DNA from: Anaerolineae bacterium
Lineage (GTDB): Bacteria; Chloroflexota; Anaerolineae; CG2-30-64-16
Direction of reading: 5' to 3'
Length of the DNA stretch: 64,000 bases
Assembly (NCBI GenBank): GCA_034432655.1
Contig: DAOUBP010000038.1
Coordinates: forward strand, 660-64,659
The translations under genes and the position numbers were made by a program. Of the stretch, positions 1 through 9,799 are shown in pieces (position 1 is the stretch's first letter; every line of letters begins with the position of its first letter). The notes under the pieces were generated by a model. It was not told the DNA's origin. It searched no databases and saw only the letters and a list, made by a program, of their open reading frames with translations.

Positions 1-8
1 CGCAAGCG

Positions 9-983
9 ATGTGCCTGCGCCTGCTGGTGCTGGTGGGCGACGAGGCGGTCGAGTACGCGCATCATTTCGACCTGGTCGGATCGGTGGCGCGCGTGTCCGG
101 GGAGCAGCCGGGTTTCTACGAAGATGTGGTGTGGCGTGTGGCCACCGCGATCAGCGCCGCAGAGATCGGCAAGCACCAGGTCGTCCCGCCGGCCATCCCG
201 GCCGAGGTGTGGTCCGGCCTGGCGGGTCCGGCCGCCATGCGCCGGGCCAGCCTGGAGTTAGGCCGTCGCAATTTCTTCACCGAGATGGTGCGCATTGCCG
301 ATCTGGTGGCCGTGCCGGCCCTGCAAGACGCGATCGCCAGCCAGTACAGCGAAGGCTGTTTCGGCACCTGGGAGCCCGGTTTGAACGCGTTGTTGGTGAC
401 CGTTACGGGGAGCGCCCGGCCGGTGGACAAGGGCAACCTGACCGACGATGACCTGGCCGTCATCGTCGGCGCGCAGGAAGACGGCCGGGGCGTCCTGGTG
501 CGGCAGGTGGTCGGCCTGCGCAACGATCCCCCCTCCTCGGAGGGGTTCGAGATGTGGGATATAGACGAGGCGTTGCCGCGCGTTGCGCTGGACGGCATCG
601 GCGAGGTGCCGGTGGCGCGTTCGAAGCTGCACGGCCATCGCGGGGTGGCGGCCTATGACCCGGCCTGGGTCGAGTATGTCCCGCTGCCCCCGGCATACTT
701 TGCCTATCCCGTCACCTGCGGCACGTACGCCCAGGCCCAAGGGCTGCGGGCTGCATTTGCTCGTGCGCAGGCGCTGCGCAATCCCGCCGACCCGCGCCAG
801 GTCGTCTTCACCCTCTTGCCCACCCACGGCGTCTTTATCGTCGAGAAGTGGGTCCCCGGCAAAGCACCGTTTCAGGTGATCTGGGAATACATGGACACCG
901 GCCGGCTGCAGATCACGCGCACTGTGCCGCAAGGGCCTGAGGTCTTCGTGCCGCGCGCGTTGGCGGCTGAAGCGGCAGGATAA
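9..983 (+). CDS. hypothetical protein, 5'-truncated by window edge; 8-nt gap to the downstream DUF2344 gene suggests it is the C-terminal part of the partner (TIGR03960-like radical SAM) protein
   Basis: ORF runs off window start; tight coupling to next gene; no nameable motif. Confidence 0.35.
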   Translation: MCLRLLVLVGDEAVEYAHHFDLVGSVARVSGEQPGFYEDVVWRVATAISAAEIGKHQVVPPAIPAEVWSGLAGPAAMRRASLELGRRNFFTEMVRIADLVAVPALQDAIASQYSEGCFGTWEPGLNALLVTVTGSARPVDKGNLTDDDLAVIVGAQEDGRGVLVRQVVGLRNDPPSSEGFEMWDIDEALPRVALDGIGEVPVARSKLHGHRGVAAYDPAWVEYVPLPPAYFAYPVTCGTYAQAQGLRAAFARAQALRNPADPRQVVFTLLPTHGVFIVEKWVPGKAPFQVIWEYMDTGRLQITRTVPQGPEVFVPRALAAEAAG

Positions 984-990
984 AGGGGTT

Positions 991-1647
991 ATGGCCGAGA
1001 CTTATGCGCAACGCATGCGCGTCACCTTCGCCACCGACGACACCGTGAAGTACGTCGGCCACCTGGACATGCACCGCGCCTGGGAACGGGCGATCCGCCG
1101 GGCGCAGCTGCCGCTGGCGTACACCCAGGGCTTCAACCCACAGCCGCGGCTCCAATTTGCGGCCGCGCTGCCGGTGGGGTTCACCGGCGAGGCCGAAGTG
1201 GCCGATGTCTTCTTGAACGAGGCGGTGGCGCCGGACGAGTTCCTGGCGCGCCTGGCCGCGGCGCTGCCGCCCGGCATCCGCCCCTATCGCGCCGAACCGG
1301 TCCCGCGCGAGCTGCCGTCGCTGCAATCGCAGGTGTGTGGGGCCACTTACCGGGTCGAGGTTGAGGCGGACGAGCCGGCTGAGGCTTTTGCCGCGCGCCT
1401 GGCCGCGTTTCTGGCCCGGCCGGAGGCGTGGCGCGCGCGGCGCAAGGGCAAAGAGATGGACCGCTACGACCTGCGGCCGCTGGTGCAAGCGCTGACCTAC
1501 CTGGGGCCGTGCGAGTTGGGCCACGCGTTCGAGGTGGTCATGCGCGCCGAGCCCGGCGCCACCGGCCGGCCCGATGAGTTATTGGCCGAGCTGGGGCTGG
1601 AAACGGCCGCGCGGCGGATCGTGCGGGTGGGGTTGGTGTTCGGGTGA
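991..1647 (+). CDS. DUF2344 / TIGR03936 radical SAM-linked protein
   Basis: N-term VTFATDDTVKYVGHLDMHRAWERAIRRAQLPLAYTQGFNPQPRLQFAAALPVG matches DUF2344 signature (VRFxKxGxxRFISHLD...GFxPxPxxxFxxALP). Confidence 0.75.
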   Translation: MAETYAQRMRVTFATDDTVKYVGHLDMHRAWERAIRRAQLPLAYTQGFNPQPRLQFAAALPVGFTGEAEVADVFLNEAVAPDEFLARLAAALPPGIRPYRAEPVPRELPSLQSQVCGATYRVEVEADEPAEAFAARLAAFLARPEAWRARRKGKEMDRYDLRPLVQALTYLGPCELGHAFEVVMRAEPGATGRPDELLAELGLETAARRIVRVGLVFG

Positions 1648-1649
1648 TG

Positions 1650-1780
1650 GGGAACTGAGGGGACTCAGGGAATTGAGGGAAGGCGGAGAATTGATCGAAG
1701 CCGGAGGGGCAAGCATCCTCAGATGAGACCTTCGGGACGCGGCCGTTCGCATCTGAGCCGCTCGCATCGGAGGATGCGAA
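1650..1780. repeat. purine-rich ~9-mer tandem repeats (GAGGGGACT/CAGGGAATT/GAGGGAAGG) followed by a palindromic element GCATCCTCAGATG...CATC(T/G)GAGGATGC (family also at 8538-8607)
   Basis: direct reading; inverted arms 1713-1726 vs 1761-1777. Confidence 0.6.
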
Positions 1781-1814
1781 CACCGCGGCTTTGCAACGAT
1801 AAGAGGGAGGACTC

Positions 1815-2708
1815 ATGCGTTTACTCACCTTCTTCGCCGACGAGCAGCCCCGGCTGGGGGCCTTGATGGACGGCGACCGGGTGGTGGACCTGGCTGCGGC
1901 GCAGGGGGCGGTGACGGGGCGGCCGCCGGCCATCACAACCATGCGGCAGCTCATCGAGGCGGGGCCGGAGGTCTGGGCGCGGCTGGCGGCGGACCTGGCG
2001 CGAGGGGATGTGGCTGCGTTCAGCCGGCCGCTGGCCGAGGTCCGGCTGGCCGCGCCGGTGCAGCCATCCAAGATCTGCGCAATCGGCCTGAACTACATGG
2101 AACACGTGCTGGAAGGCGGCCGCAAACCGCCGGAGCGGCCGGTGCTGTTCGCCAAGCTGCCCACCAGCGTGATCGGCCCCGGCGACGAGATCCGCTGGGA
2201 GCCAGCGCTGTCGGACAAGATTGACTTCGAGGCGGAGCTGGCGGTGGTGATCGGCCGGACGGCCCGGCGGGTGAAGGCAGCCGACGCCTACGACTACGTG
2301 TTCGGCTATACCTGCGCCAACGACGTGACCGCGCGCGACCTGCAGGAAGCGGACGGCCAATGGGTGCGCGCCAAGTCGTTCGACACCTTTTGCCCGCTGG
2401 GCCCGTGGATCGTCACCCGCGACGAGATCGCGGAGCCACACGGCCTGCCGATCCGCTGCGAGGTCAACGGCGAGGTCATGCAGCAGTCGGCCACCGATAT
2501 GCTGATCTTCCGCATCCCGTTTCTGATCGAATTTCTCTCGCGTGCCTTCACCCTGTTGCCCGGCGACCTGATCCTCACCGGCACGCCGCCGGGGGTGGGC
2601 CACTACCGCAAGCCGCCGCGTTATCTGACAGATGGCGACGTGGTAACCGTGACGGTCGAGGGGATCGGCGCGCTGACCAACACTTGCCGGACGGAAATCC
2701 TGACCTGA
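1815..2708 (+). CDS. fumarylacetoacetate hydrolase (FAH) family protein (2-keto-4-pentenoate hydratase-like)
   Basis: IGLNYMEH...FAKLPTSVIGPGDEI...DFEAELAVVIGR...GYTCANDVTARDLQ...PGDLILTGTPPGVG; RBS agagggagg upstream. Confidence 0.85.
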   Translation: MRLLTFFADEQPRLGALMDGDRVVDLAAAQGAVTGRPPAITTMRQLIEAGPEVWARLAADLARGDVAAFSRPLAEVRLAAPVQPSKICAIGLNYMEHVLEGGRKPPERPVLFAKLPTSVIGPGDEIRWEPALSDKIDFEAELAVVIGRTARRVKAADAYDYVFGYTCANDVTARDLQEADGQWVRAKSFDTFCPLGPWIVTRDEIAEPHGLPIRCEVNGEVMQQSATDMLIFRIPFLIEFLSRAFTLLPGDLILTGTPPGVGHYRKPPRYLTDGDVVTVTVEGIGALTNTCRTEILT

Positions 2709-2746
2709 GGATGATGTGGCCGCCAGTTTTGAAAGGAGAGAGGACC

Positions 2747-4054
2747 ATGCCAGCACAAGTCATCACCCTTCCCTGGGGCAATGAAGAGTTGCGATTGGAG
2801 CTGCCGCCGGCCTGGCAGGTGCAGGGGGTCCTGACCCCGGCCGCCTTGCCCGGGGTGCCTGATCCGATGGCCGAGGTGCAGCGCAGCCTGGCCGCGCCCA
2901 TCGGTGCCCCGCGGCTGAGCCAGCTGGCGCGGCCCGGCGCGCGCGTGGCGCTGGTGGTGGACGACGGCAGCCGGCCCACGCCGGTCTCGCTGATCGCGCC
3001 GGCCGTCATCGCGGAGCTCGAGGCCGCCGGGGTCCGTCGTGAGGATATCACGGTTGTCCCGGCCCTGGGCCTGCATCGCCCCATGACAGAGGCGGAGCTG
3101 GCCGAGCGGCTGGGGTCTGAGGCCTTCGCCGGGCTGCAGTGGGAGAACCACGATTGCGATGACGCCAGCCGTTTGGTCGAACTGGGCACGACGACGCGCG
3201 GGACGCCGGTGCTGCTCAATCGAACCGTGGCCGGGGCCGACCTGGTGGTGTCCATCGGCTGCATCGAGCCGCATATCATCGCCAGCTTCGGCGGCGGTTA
3301 CAAGAACCTGGTGCCAGGGGTGGCCGGCCGCATCACGGTGGCCCATAACCACGGCTTGAACTGCACCCCTGACACTTTCAACAACGTGGGCCAGCCTATC
3401 GAGCGCAACCCCATGCGGCTCGACCTGGAAGAGGCCGGCCGCATGCTCGTGCCGCCGGTGTTCATCGTCAACGCAGTGATCAATGACCGCCGCGAGATCG
3501 TGCAGATGGTGGCCGGGGACGGCGTGGCAGCCCACCGGGAGGGGGTCAGGACCAGCGCTGCGATCTTTGGGGTCAAGGTGCCGGGCGAGGCGGATGTGGT
3601 CATCACCAACTCGCGGCCGATGGACCAGGACTTACGCCAGGGGGTGAAGGCGCTGGCGAACACGGTGCGGGCGATGAAGCCGGGCGGTGTGCTGATCACG
3701 CTGGTGCGCGCGGACGAGGGGGTTGGCGTCTTCGGGCTGGCCAACCGCAAGCTGATGAGCCGGGGGATGCTCAGCGTCGTCGCACCGCTCTTGATCCGGC
3801 TGGTCCCCAAGCTGAAGCTGAAAGGCATGGGGGAGGAAGACCGTTTCTTCCTGTACTTTGCGCTCCAGGCGATGCGCCGCGGCCTGCTGCTGATGTACGC
3901 GCCGACTATCCCGGCTGCCACCAAAGAGAACCTGCCGTTCGTGCTGTTCCGAGACACGCCCGGCGCGGCCGTGGCCGAGGCTGCCAGACGTTTCCCCGCA
4001 AAGGCGGACGTCCTGGTCTTCCCCTACGGCGGCAGCACGTATCCGATCTTGTGA
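2747..4054 (+). CDS. LarA-like nickel-dependent lactate racemase family protein (DUF2088)
   Basis: ORF-track ORF 2360-4054 trimmed to ATG 2747 with RBS gaaaggagagagg (earlier part overlaps FAH gene); motifs VALVVDDGSRPTP, ITVVPALGLHRPMT, HIIASFGGGYKNLVPG. Confidence 0.75.
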   Translation: MPAQVITLPWGNEELRLELPPAWQVQGVLTPAALPGVPDPMAEVQRSLAAPIGAPRLSQLARPGARVALVVDDGSRPTPVSLIAPAVIAELEAAGVRREDITVVPALGLHRPMTEAELAERLGSEAFAGLQWENHDCDDASRLVELGTTTRGTPVLLNRTVAGADLVVSIGCIEPHIIASFGGGYKNLVPGVAGRITVAHNHGLNCTPDTFNNVGQPIERNPMRLDLEEAGRMLVPPVFIVNAVINDRREIVQMVAGDGVAAHREGVRTSAAIFGVKVPGEADVVITNSRPMDQDLRQGVKALANTVRAMKPGGVLITLVRADEGVGVFGLANRKLMSRGMLSVVAPLLIRLVPKLKLKGMGEEDRFFLYFALQAMRRGLLLMYAPTIPAATKENLPFVLFRDTPGAAVAEAARRFPAKADVLVFPYGGSTYPIL

Positions 4055-4090
4055 GTCAGCCCGTGCGCGGCCGAACGACTGAAGCCGTTA

Positions 4091-5239
4091 CTACAAGGGG
4101 CATGTGAGCCGGCGCAGCGCGTCGGCCAGCACCTCGACCCCGCGCAGCCATTCGGCGATTTCCACGTGCTCCTCCGGCGTGTGGTCCAGGCTGCTGTCGC
4201 CGGGGCCATACGCCAGGATGGGGCAGTTCCAGACCGGGCCGACCACGTTCATGTCCGAGGTGCCGGTTTTGAGCAGGAAGTTGGGCGCGCCGCCCTGGCC
4301 CCGCACCGCTGCGACGAAGGCGCGCACCAGGGGCGTATTCTTCTCCGCCCGGTAGGCACGTTCTTCGCCGCTGAACCGGAATGTGCCGTTGCCATCCACG
4401 CTCACCAACAGCCGCTTGAAGGTCTCCGGTGTCACGCTCTCCGGCAAGCGGAACCCCATGCGCATCTCGGCGGTCTCCAACAAACCGTCGTCGCTGGAGG
4501 CAAAGTGTCGCAGCGACGGCTGCACCTGCTCCCAGACCCGTTCCCGGCCGGTATTCAGCTCCTCGACCAGCTCCTGCACCCGCCGCCAGTAGGCGAAGGC
4601 CATCTCCGGCGCGCTGGCGGCCGGCCCGGCTGTGTGGCTCATTAGGCGCTGGAACTCCACATCGGCCAGCAGACGGCCCTTGTAGCCCAGCGCCACACGC
4701 TGCCAGCCGGTCGGCTCGCCGATCACCACCATGTCCGGCTTGCGCCGCCGCGCCAGATGGCGCGCGCCTTTCGAGGTCGCGGCCTCTTCTTCTACCGCGC
4801 CGGCGATCACGATGCGCCAGCCGGGCTGCGGGCCCACCAGCGCCGCGGCCGTGGCGAACGCGGCCAGCGGCCCCTTTGCGTCCACCGCGCCGCGGCCGTA
4901 CAACCGCCCGCCGCGTTCGTGGACACGCGGGAACCCGCGCACCGTGTCAATGTGGCCGAGGAGGAGGAGTTCTTGCGGATTGCGTACTGCATACTGCGTA
5001 TTGCGTACTACGGATTGTGGATTGGGGATTGGTTCAGCTTCCAGCTTCCAGTTTCCAGCGCCCAGCACGCCGACCGCGTTGCCGGCCGCGTCGCGGTGGG
5101 CGGAGAAGCCGTGGTCGCGCAGCCAGGCGACCAGGTGCTCGACGGCCGGCCGTTCCTCGCCGGAGGGGGAGGGGATTTCGAGCAGTTCGCGCAACAGGCG
5201 CAGGCCGCTGGCGATGATGGCTTGGGAGGATTCCCTCAT
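4091..5239 (-). CDS. lysK: M20-family deacylase: [LysW]-lysine hydrolase LysK / acetylornithine deacetylase-like; contains an in-frame 28-aa insertion encoded by 12 tandem heptamers
   Basis: LLLGHIDTV, GRGAVDAKG, context at the end of the LysW-AAA cluster; start at MRESSQ with RBS gaggtg; insertion [27 protein letters not shown] = DNA 4975-5062. Confidence 0.7.
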   Translation of the reverse strand: MRESSQAIIASGLRLLRELLEIPSPSGEERPAVEHLVAWLRDHGFSAHRDAAGNAVGVLGAGNWKLEAEPIPNPQSVVRNTQYAVRNPQELLLLGHIDTVRGFPRVHERGGRLYGRGAVDAKGPLAAFATAAALVGPQPGWRIVIAGAVEEEAATSKGARHLARRRKPDMVVIGEPTGWQRVALGYKGRLLADVEFQRLMSHTAGPAASAPEMAFAYWRRVQELVEELNTGRERVWEQVQPSLRHFASSDDGLLETAEMRMGFRLPESVTPETFKRLLVSVDGNGTFRFSGEERAYRAEKNTPLVRAFVAAVRGQGGAPNFLLKTGTSDMNVVGPVWNCPILAYGPGDSSLDHTPEEHVEIAEWLRGVEVLADALRRLTCPL

Positions 5240-5322
5240 GGTACACCTCAGTTTTGGTCGTTGACTGGAGTCGAGGCTGTGCGAAGCCTCCTTTAGGATT
5301 AGCCGGTCTCTCTGTCCGGGCG

Positions 5323-6399
5323 TCAAAGCGCCTGAAGGCTCGATTCCGTTGTTCTCCTGATGATTTCATCCGTTACCTGATCCGTGCTGGCCCGTCCGCT
5401 CAGGTCGGGTGTGACGATGCCGGCAGCGACCGTGGCTTGCACCGCATGGCGGACGCGCGTCGCGGCCGCGGCCTGTCCCAGGTGATCCAGCAGCAGCGCG
5501 GCCGACAGGATCGCGCCGATCGGGTTGGCGATGCCGCGGCCGGCGATGTCGGGCGCGCTGCCGTGCACCGGCTCGAACACCGCGACCTGTCCTGCGCCCA
5601 CATTGGCCGACGGCGCTACGCCCAGCCCGCCCGCCAGCCCCGCGGCCAGGTCCGACAGGATGTCGCCGAAGAGGTTGGTGGTGACGATGACGTCGAAGCG
5701 GGTCGGGTCCTTCGCCAGCCACATCGCGGCCGCGTCCACCAGCAGCTCCTCGACCTGCACGTCCGGGTAGTCCCGCGCGACGGCCAGGCAGCTTTCCCGG
5801 AACAGGCCGTCGGTGAGTTTGAGGACGTTGGCTTTGTGGATAACGGTAACTTGGGGCCTGGTAGATTGGTAATTTGGTTCCAGAGATTGAACATTTGTGG
5901 TTTGCAGTTTGCGGTTTGCTCGTTGCCGTGCTTGCTCAAACGCCACTCTTGCGATGCGCTCGCTGGCCTGGCGGGTGATAACGCGCTCGACGATGGCGGT
6001 ATCGGGGTCCTCCCAACGCTCGCGGCCGCTGTAGAGGCCCTCGGTGTTTTCGCGCACGATGAGCAGGTCAATCGGCCGGCCGCCCGGCACCAATTGGACG
6101 GTCGGCCGCAGGTTGGCGTAGAGGTCGAAGTGGCGGCGCAGGGCCAGGATGGGGGAGCGGTAGCCTGCCACCTCTCCTGTTGTTGGCGACTGTGTAGCGC
6201 CGAACAGCGTCCCATCGGCCGCGGCCACGGCGCGCAGGGTCTCGTCGGGCAGGGCTGTGCCGCGGCGGAGGAAGCAGTCCCAGCCGGCATCGGCCTCGAC
6301 GAAGCGCACATCCGGCAGCACGGCCGCCAGCACGCGCGCCGCCGCGGGGATCACCTCCCGGCCGACGCCGTCGCCGGGGATCAGACAGATCGTTGGCAT
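5323..6399 (-). CDS. homoisocitrate / 3-isopropylmalate dehydrogenase family (beta-decarboxylating dehydrogenase), with in-frame repeat-encoded insertion
   Basis: [48 protein letters not shown]; ~24-aa insert [23 protein letters not shown] between ARQR and [10 protein letters not shown] encoded by heptamers ~5838-5925. Confidence 0.85.
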   Translation of the reverse strand: MPTICLIPGDGVGREVIPAAARVLAAVLPDVRFVEADAGWDCFLRRGTALPDETLRAVAAADGTLFGATQSPTTGEVAGYRSPILALRRHFDLYANLRPTVQLVPGGRPIDLLIVRENTEGLYSGRERWEDPDTAIVERVITRQASERIARVAFEQARQRANRKLQTTNVQSLEPNYQSTRPQVTVIHKANVLKLTDGLFRESCLAVARDYPDVQVEELLVDAAAMWLAKDPTRFDVIVTTNLFGDILSDLAAGLAGGLGVAPSANVGAGQVAVFEPVHGSAPDIAGRGIANPIGAILSAALLLDHLGQAAAATRVRHAVQATVAAGIVTPDLSGRASTDQVTDEIIRRTTESSLQAL

Positions 6400-6466
6400 A
6401 GAGTCTTCGCTTTCAAAATGCTCATAGATTCCGGAACTCACCTGATCACGTATCACGCACCACGCC

Positions 6467-8506
6467 TCACGCCTCACGTCTCAACATCGCCAACAGCCCG
6501 CCCGCGTCCAAGATCGCCGCGACCGACGCGGAGAACGGCGGGAACGGGAATTCGCCGGCCGCGCAGGTCACAACGCCGCGGCCCAGGTCAATGCTGATGT
6601 GTGCACCGGGTTGGATAGCTGCAACCGCCTCGGGGCAGACGATGGGGAGGAGGCCGTTGTTGACAGCGTTTCGGAAGTAGATCCTTGCGAAGGACGCCGC
6701 AATGATAACCCGAATCCCCGCCGCGCGCAAACAGGTGACGGCCTGCTCACGACTGGAGCCGCAGCCGAAGTTGCGGCCGGCTACGATGATGTCGCCCGGT
6801 TGAACATTGGCCGCGAAGGTCGGGTCGAGGTCCTCCAGCGCGTGGCGGGCCATCTCGGCTTCTTCCTTGATGGTGTAGGTGTATTTGCCCGGGAAGATGA
6901 CGTCGGTGTTGACATCGTCGCCGTAGACCCAGGCGCGGCCGGAGAGGATGTTGGATGTTCGATGTTCGATGGACGATGGAGCGCGTTGCGTATTGCGTAT
7001 TGCGTACTTCGTATCTGGGGTAACCTTTTGTTCTGGAATCGAGGCTTTAGCCGGTTTCGTGGGCGAAGCAGTAGACCGGCTCACATCTCGATCCCAGTCG
7101 TCTTGATTCGGAATCGAGGCTTTAGCCGGTTTGGTGGATGAAGCATCTGACCGGCTAAGGCCTCGAGTCCAGTCGCGCAATTCCTCCATGTACGGGATCC
7201 GCCCCAGGGCCGCGCTGGCGGCGACGACCGCAGGGCTGGCCAGGTAGATCCGGGCGTCGGGGTTGCCCATGCGGCCGCGGAAGTTGCGGTTGGCGGTGCT
7301 GATGACGGTCTCGCCCGCGGCGGGGATGCCCAGGTGGTTGCCCATGCACGGGCCGCAGCCGGGCGTGCCGATCAGCGCGCCGGCTTCGAGGAAGGTCTGG
7401 ATGTAGCCCGCGGCCAGCGCATCCTGCAGCACCTGACTCGATGCCGGGACAACCAGCAACCGCGTGCCCGCGGCAACGCGGCGCACCCGTCCGTCCGGCC
7501 CGCGCAGTGCCGCGGCGGCCTCTGCCAGGTCCTCCAGCCGGCCGTTGGTGCAGGTGCCGATGAAGGCCTGGTGGACCGGGGTGCCCGCCACCTCGGACAG
7601 CGGCACGACGTTTGCGGGGTTGTGGGGCACGGCGACGACCGGCTCCAACGCGCTCAGGTCCACGGTATGACGGGCGATGTAGGGCGCGTCCGGGTCGGGG
7701 TAGAGCGCGAGCGCAGCAAGGTTCATAGGGACGACTTCAGTCGTCCCGCCGCGCTCGGAACGGCTGAAGCCGTTACGACGAACTGCCAACCGTTCCGCCA
7801 GCCACGCGAACACCGCCTCGTCCGGTTCCAGGTACGCGCTTTTCGCGCCCGATTCGGCCAGCAGGTTGGGGAGCACCATCCGGCTCTCGATGCTCAGCGC
7901 CCGCAGCCCCGGCCCGCCGATCTCGATGGCCCGGTAGATGCCCGCCTCGGGGCCGAGCAGCTTCAGCAGCCACAGGCCCAGGTCTTTGGCGGTGACTCCG
8001 GGCCGCAGGCTGCCGATCAGGTCCACGCGGATCGTCTCCGGCACGCGCAGCCAGAGCTCGCCGGTGGCCCACAGCGCGGCAACCTCGCTGCGGCCGATGC
8101 CCGCGCCGAACGCGCCCAGCCAGCCGAAGTGCGTGGTGTGGCTGTCTGCGCCCAGGATGAGCTGGCCGGGCAGCACCAGCGCCTCCTCGCTGAGCACCTG
8201 ATGGCAGATGCCCCGGCCGACGTCGAAGAAGTGCGTGATGCCCTGCTCGGCCACAAAGCGGCGCACCTCGGCGTGGTTCTGCGCGTGCTCGGCCGTGGGC
8301 GCGGGCACGGCGTGATCCAGGGTGATGGCCAGCCGCTCCGGGTAGCGCACCCGGTCGCGCCCCAGGCTGCGGAAGAGCCGGGCGATAGCTGCGGTGTTGT
8401 CGTGGCTCAGCACGATGTCGGGCCGGGCGTCCACGATCTGGCCGATGGCCGCGTGCGGCAGCCCCGCCGCGCGGGCCAGGGCTTTTTGGGCAAAAGTTTG
8501 TGACAT
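6467..8506 (-). CDS. homoaconitase / 3-isopropylmalate dehydratase large subunit and small subunit read as one ORF, joined in-frame by a ~80-aa repeat-derived linker
   Basis: N-part [15 protein letters not shown]...SHTTHFG...GTCTNGR...GCGPCMG (large subunit); C-part [19 protein letters not shown]...[11 protein letters not shown] (small subunit); no stop and no ATG/GTG/TTG start between them; linker DNA 6950-7200 = heptamers + two palindromic elements. The 40 codons upstream of ATG 8506 (to 8626) lie in a palindromic repeat and were excluded. Confidence 0.7.
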   Translation of the reverse strand: MSQTFAQKALARAAGLPHAAIGQIVDARPDIVLSHDNTAAIARLFRSLGRDRVRYPERLAITLDHAVPAPTAEHAQNHAEVRRFVAEQGITHFFDVGRGICHQVLSEEALVLPGQLILGADSHTTHFGWLGAFGAGIGRSEVAALWATGELWLRVPETIRVDLIGSLRPGVTAKDLGLWLLKLLGPEAGIYRAIEIGGPGLRALSIESRMVLPNLLAESGAKSAYLEPDEAVFAWLAERLAVRRNGFSRSERGGTTEVVPMNLAALALYPDPDAPYIARHTVDLSALEPVVAVPHNPANVVPLSEVAGTPVHQAFIGTCTNGRLEDLAEAAAALRGPDGRVRRVAAGTRLLVVPASSQVLQDALAAGYIQTFLEAGALIGTPGCGPCMGNHLGIPAAGETVISTANRNFRGRMGNPDARIYLASPAVVAASAALGRIPYMEELRDWTRGLSRSDASSTKPAKASIPNQDDWDRDVSRSTASPTKPAKASIPEQKVTPDTKYAIRNTQRAPSSIEHRTSNILSGRAWVYGDDVNTDVIFPGKYTYTIKEEAEMARHALEDLDPTFAANVQPGDIIVAGRNFGCGSSREQAVTCLRAAGIRVIIAASFARIYFRNAVNNGLLPIVCPEAVAAIQPGAHISIDLGRGVVTCAAGEFPFPPFSASVAAILDAGGLLAMLRREA
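6950..7034. repeat. tandem heptamers (ATGTTGG/ATGTTCG/ATGGACG... then GCGTATT/GCGTACT) inside leuC-leuD linker
   Basis: direct reading, period 7. Confidence 0.7.
7035..7169. repeat. two tandem copies of a ~60-bp palindromic MITE/REP-like element GGAATCGAGGCTTTAGCCGGT-N19-ACCGGCTAAGGCCTCGAGTCC (third copy at 62678-62738)
   Basis: 16-bp inverted arms; copy A right arm degenerate; lies in-frame inside the leuCD ORF. Confidence 0.7.
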
Positions 8507-8537
8507 GCAACGCCTTTCTGATTCATGCGCAGGGTCA

Positions 8538-8607
8538 GCATCCTCAGATGCGGTTTTCGGGCAAAGCCGTTCGCATCGGGGGCAAAGCCGTTCGCATCTG
8601 AGGATGC
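8538..8607. repeat. palindromic element: GCATCCTCAGATGCG ... CGCATCTGAGGATGC with internal direct repeat GCAAAGCCGTTCGCATC x2
   Basis: perfect 15-nt inverted arms; same family as 1713-1777. Confidence 0.65.
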
Positions 8608-8643
8608 TCACTCCACAATCTACCAATTTACCAGGTTACCAAC

Positions 8644-9792
8644 CTACCCATGTATCCCGTTCGCCCAATTTCGCAACAGGTTATCCACGTCGTCCAAGGT
8701 CAGGGCGCGTTCGTCGGCCAAAGCCTTGATATGCTGCGTCAGCTTCTTGACCTTGGCGTCGGTCAGCTCCAGGCCGAGCTGGTCGGCGCGGGCTTTCACC
8801 GCGTTCCAGCCGGTGAGCCGGTGTGCGATGGAGATGTAGCGGGTCAGGCCGAAGTCGTGCGGGTCCAGCGCCTCGTAGGTCTCCGGTGCGTTGAGCAGCG
8901 CCTTGGCGTGGATGCCGGCCTTGTGGGTGAACGCGCTGTAGCCGGTGATCTGGTTGTTGAACGGGATGTCCACGTTCACCATCTCGGCCACCATCATCTC
9001 CAGCGCCCGCAGCCGCTCGAGCCGGTACTTGCGCCGGGTAGCCTCCCGGTCGTAGGTGTACATGCGGGCCACGAAGCCACCCAGCGACGGGATGCCGTTG
9101 CGCTCGCCGATGCCCAGCACCGAGGTGTCAATGTGCGTGGCGCCGGCCTCCAGCGCGGTGAACGCGTTGGCGATCGCGCAGCCGGAGTCGTTGTGGCCGT
9201 GGAACTCGATGTCGCAGCGGGTCAACCGGCGTAGCGTGCCCACCAGCCGGGCGACCTGGGTCGGCGTGGCGATCCCCACCGTGTCGGCGATGCCCAGCCG
9301 GTTCACCACCCCCAGCCTGTCCACCGCCAGGTAGACCCGCAACAGCTCGGCCTCGTCGCTGCGGAAGGAATCCTCGGTGCTGAAGCGCAGTTCGATGTCG
9401 GGCGCCTGCTGGCGGATCCACGGCAGCACGTCCGCGGCCAGATCAATGATCTCGTCAATGCTCTTGCCGTGGCTGAACTGGCGCAGCTTCGACGATGTGC
9501 CGATGACCACATCCACGCCGTCCACGCCGGCATCCAACGCGACCGCGGCGTCCTCCTTGTGGCAGCGGATGTGGGTCAGGACGCGGGCGCGCAGCCCCAA
9601 CCGGGCGACCGTGCGCAGGTCGGCCAGGCTGCCCGGCGACGCCTGCGGCGAGGTCAGTTCCAGGTATTCCACCCCGAACTCGTCCAGCGCCCGCGCGATG
9701 CGGATCTTCTGCTCGGTGGTGAACGCCGCGTTGATGAACTGTTCCCCTTCGCGAAGGGTAGAGTCTATGATGGCGTAGTTGTCCAGGGACAT
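8644..9792 (-). CDS. homocitrate synthase (LeuA/NifV-type; first step of the AAA lysine pathway)
   Basis: [42 protein letters not shown]; cluster context. Confidence 0.85.
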   Translation of the reverse strand: MSLDNYAIIDSTLREGEQFINAAFTTEQKIRIARALDEFGVEYLELTSPQASPGSLADLRTVARLGLRARVLTHIRCHKEDAAVALDAGVDGVDVVIGTSSKLRQFSHGKSIDEIIDLAADVLPWIRQQAPDIELRFSTEDSFRSDEAELLRVYLAVDRLGVVNRLGIADTVGIATPTQVARLVGTLRRLTRCDIEFHGHNDSGCAIANAFTALEAGATHIDTSVLGIGERNGIPSLGGFVARMYTYDREATRRKYRLERLRALEMMVAEMVNVDIPFNNQITGYSAFTHKAGIHAKALLNAPETYEALDPHDFGLTRYISIAHRLTGWNAVKARADQLGLELTDAKVKKLTQHIKALADERALTLDDVDNLLRNWANGIHG

Positions 9793-9799
9793 GGGTTGC

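Noticed and set aside
2360-2746. N-terminal 129 codons of the ORF-track LarA ORF
   Set aside because: Overlaps the FAH gene in another frame. The RBS-preceded ATG at 2747 gives the conserved LarA N-terminus.
4429-5217. Numerous 60-400-aa Arg/Pro/Ala-rich ORFs antisense to real genes (e.g. 4429-5217, 5254-6597, 7334-8503, 10115-11164, 13310-14392, 17063-18133, 20074-20958, 22635-23873, 32076-33497, 34714-36915, 47070-48860, 61491-62660)
   Set aside because: High-GC frame artefacts. Each overlaps a motif-bearing gene on the opposite strand.
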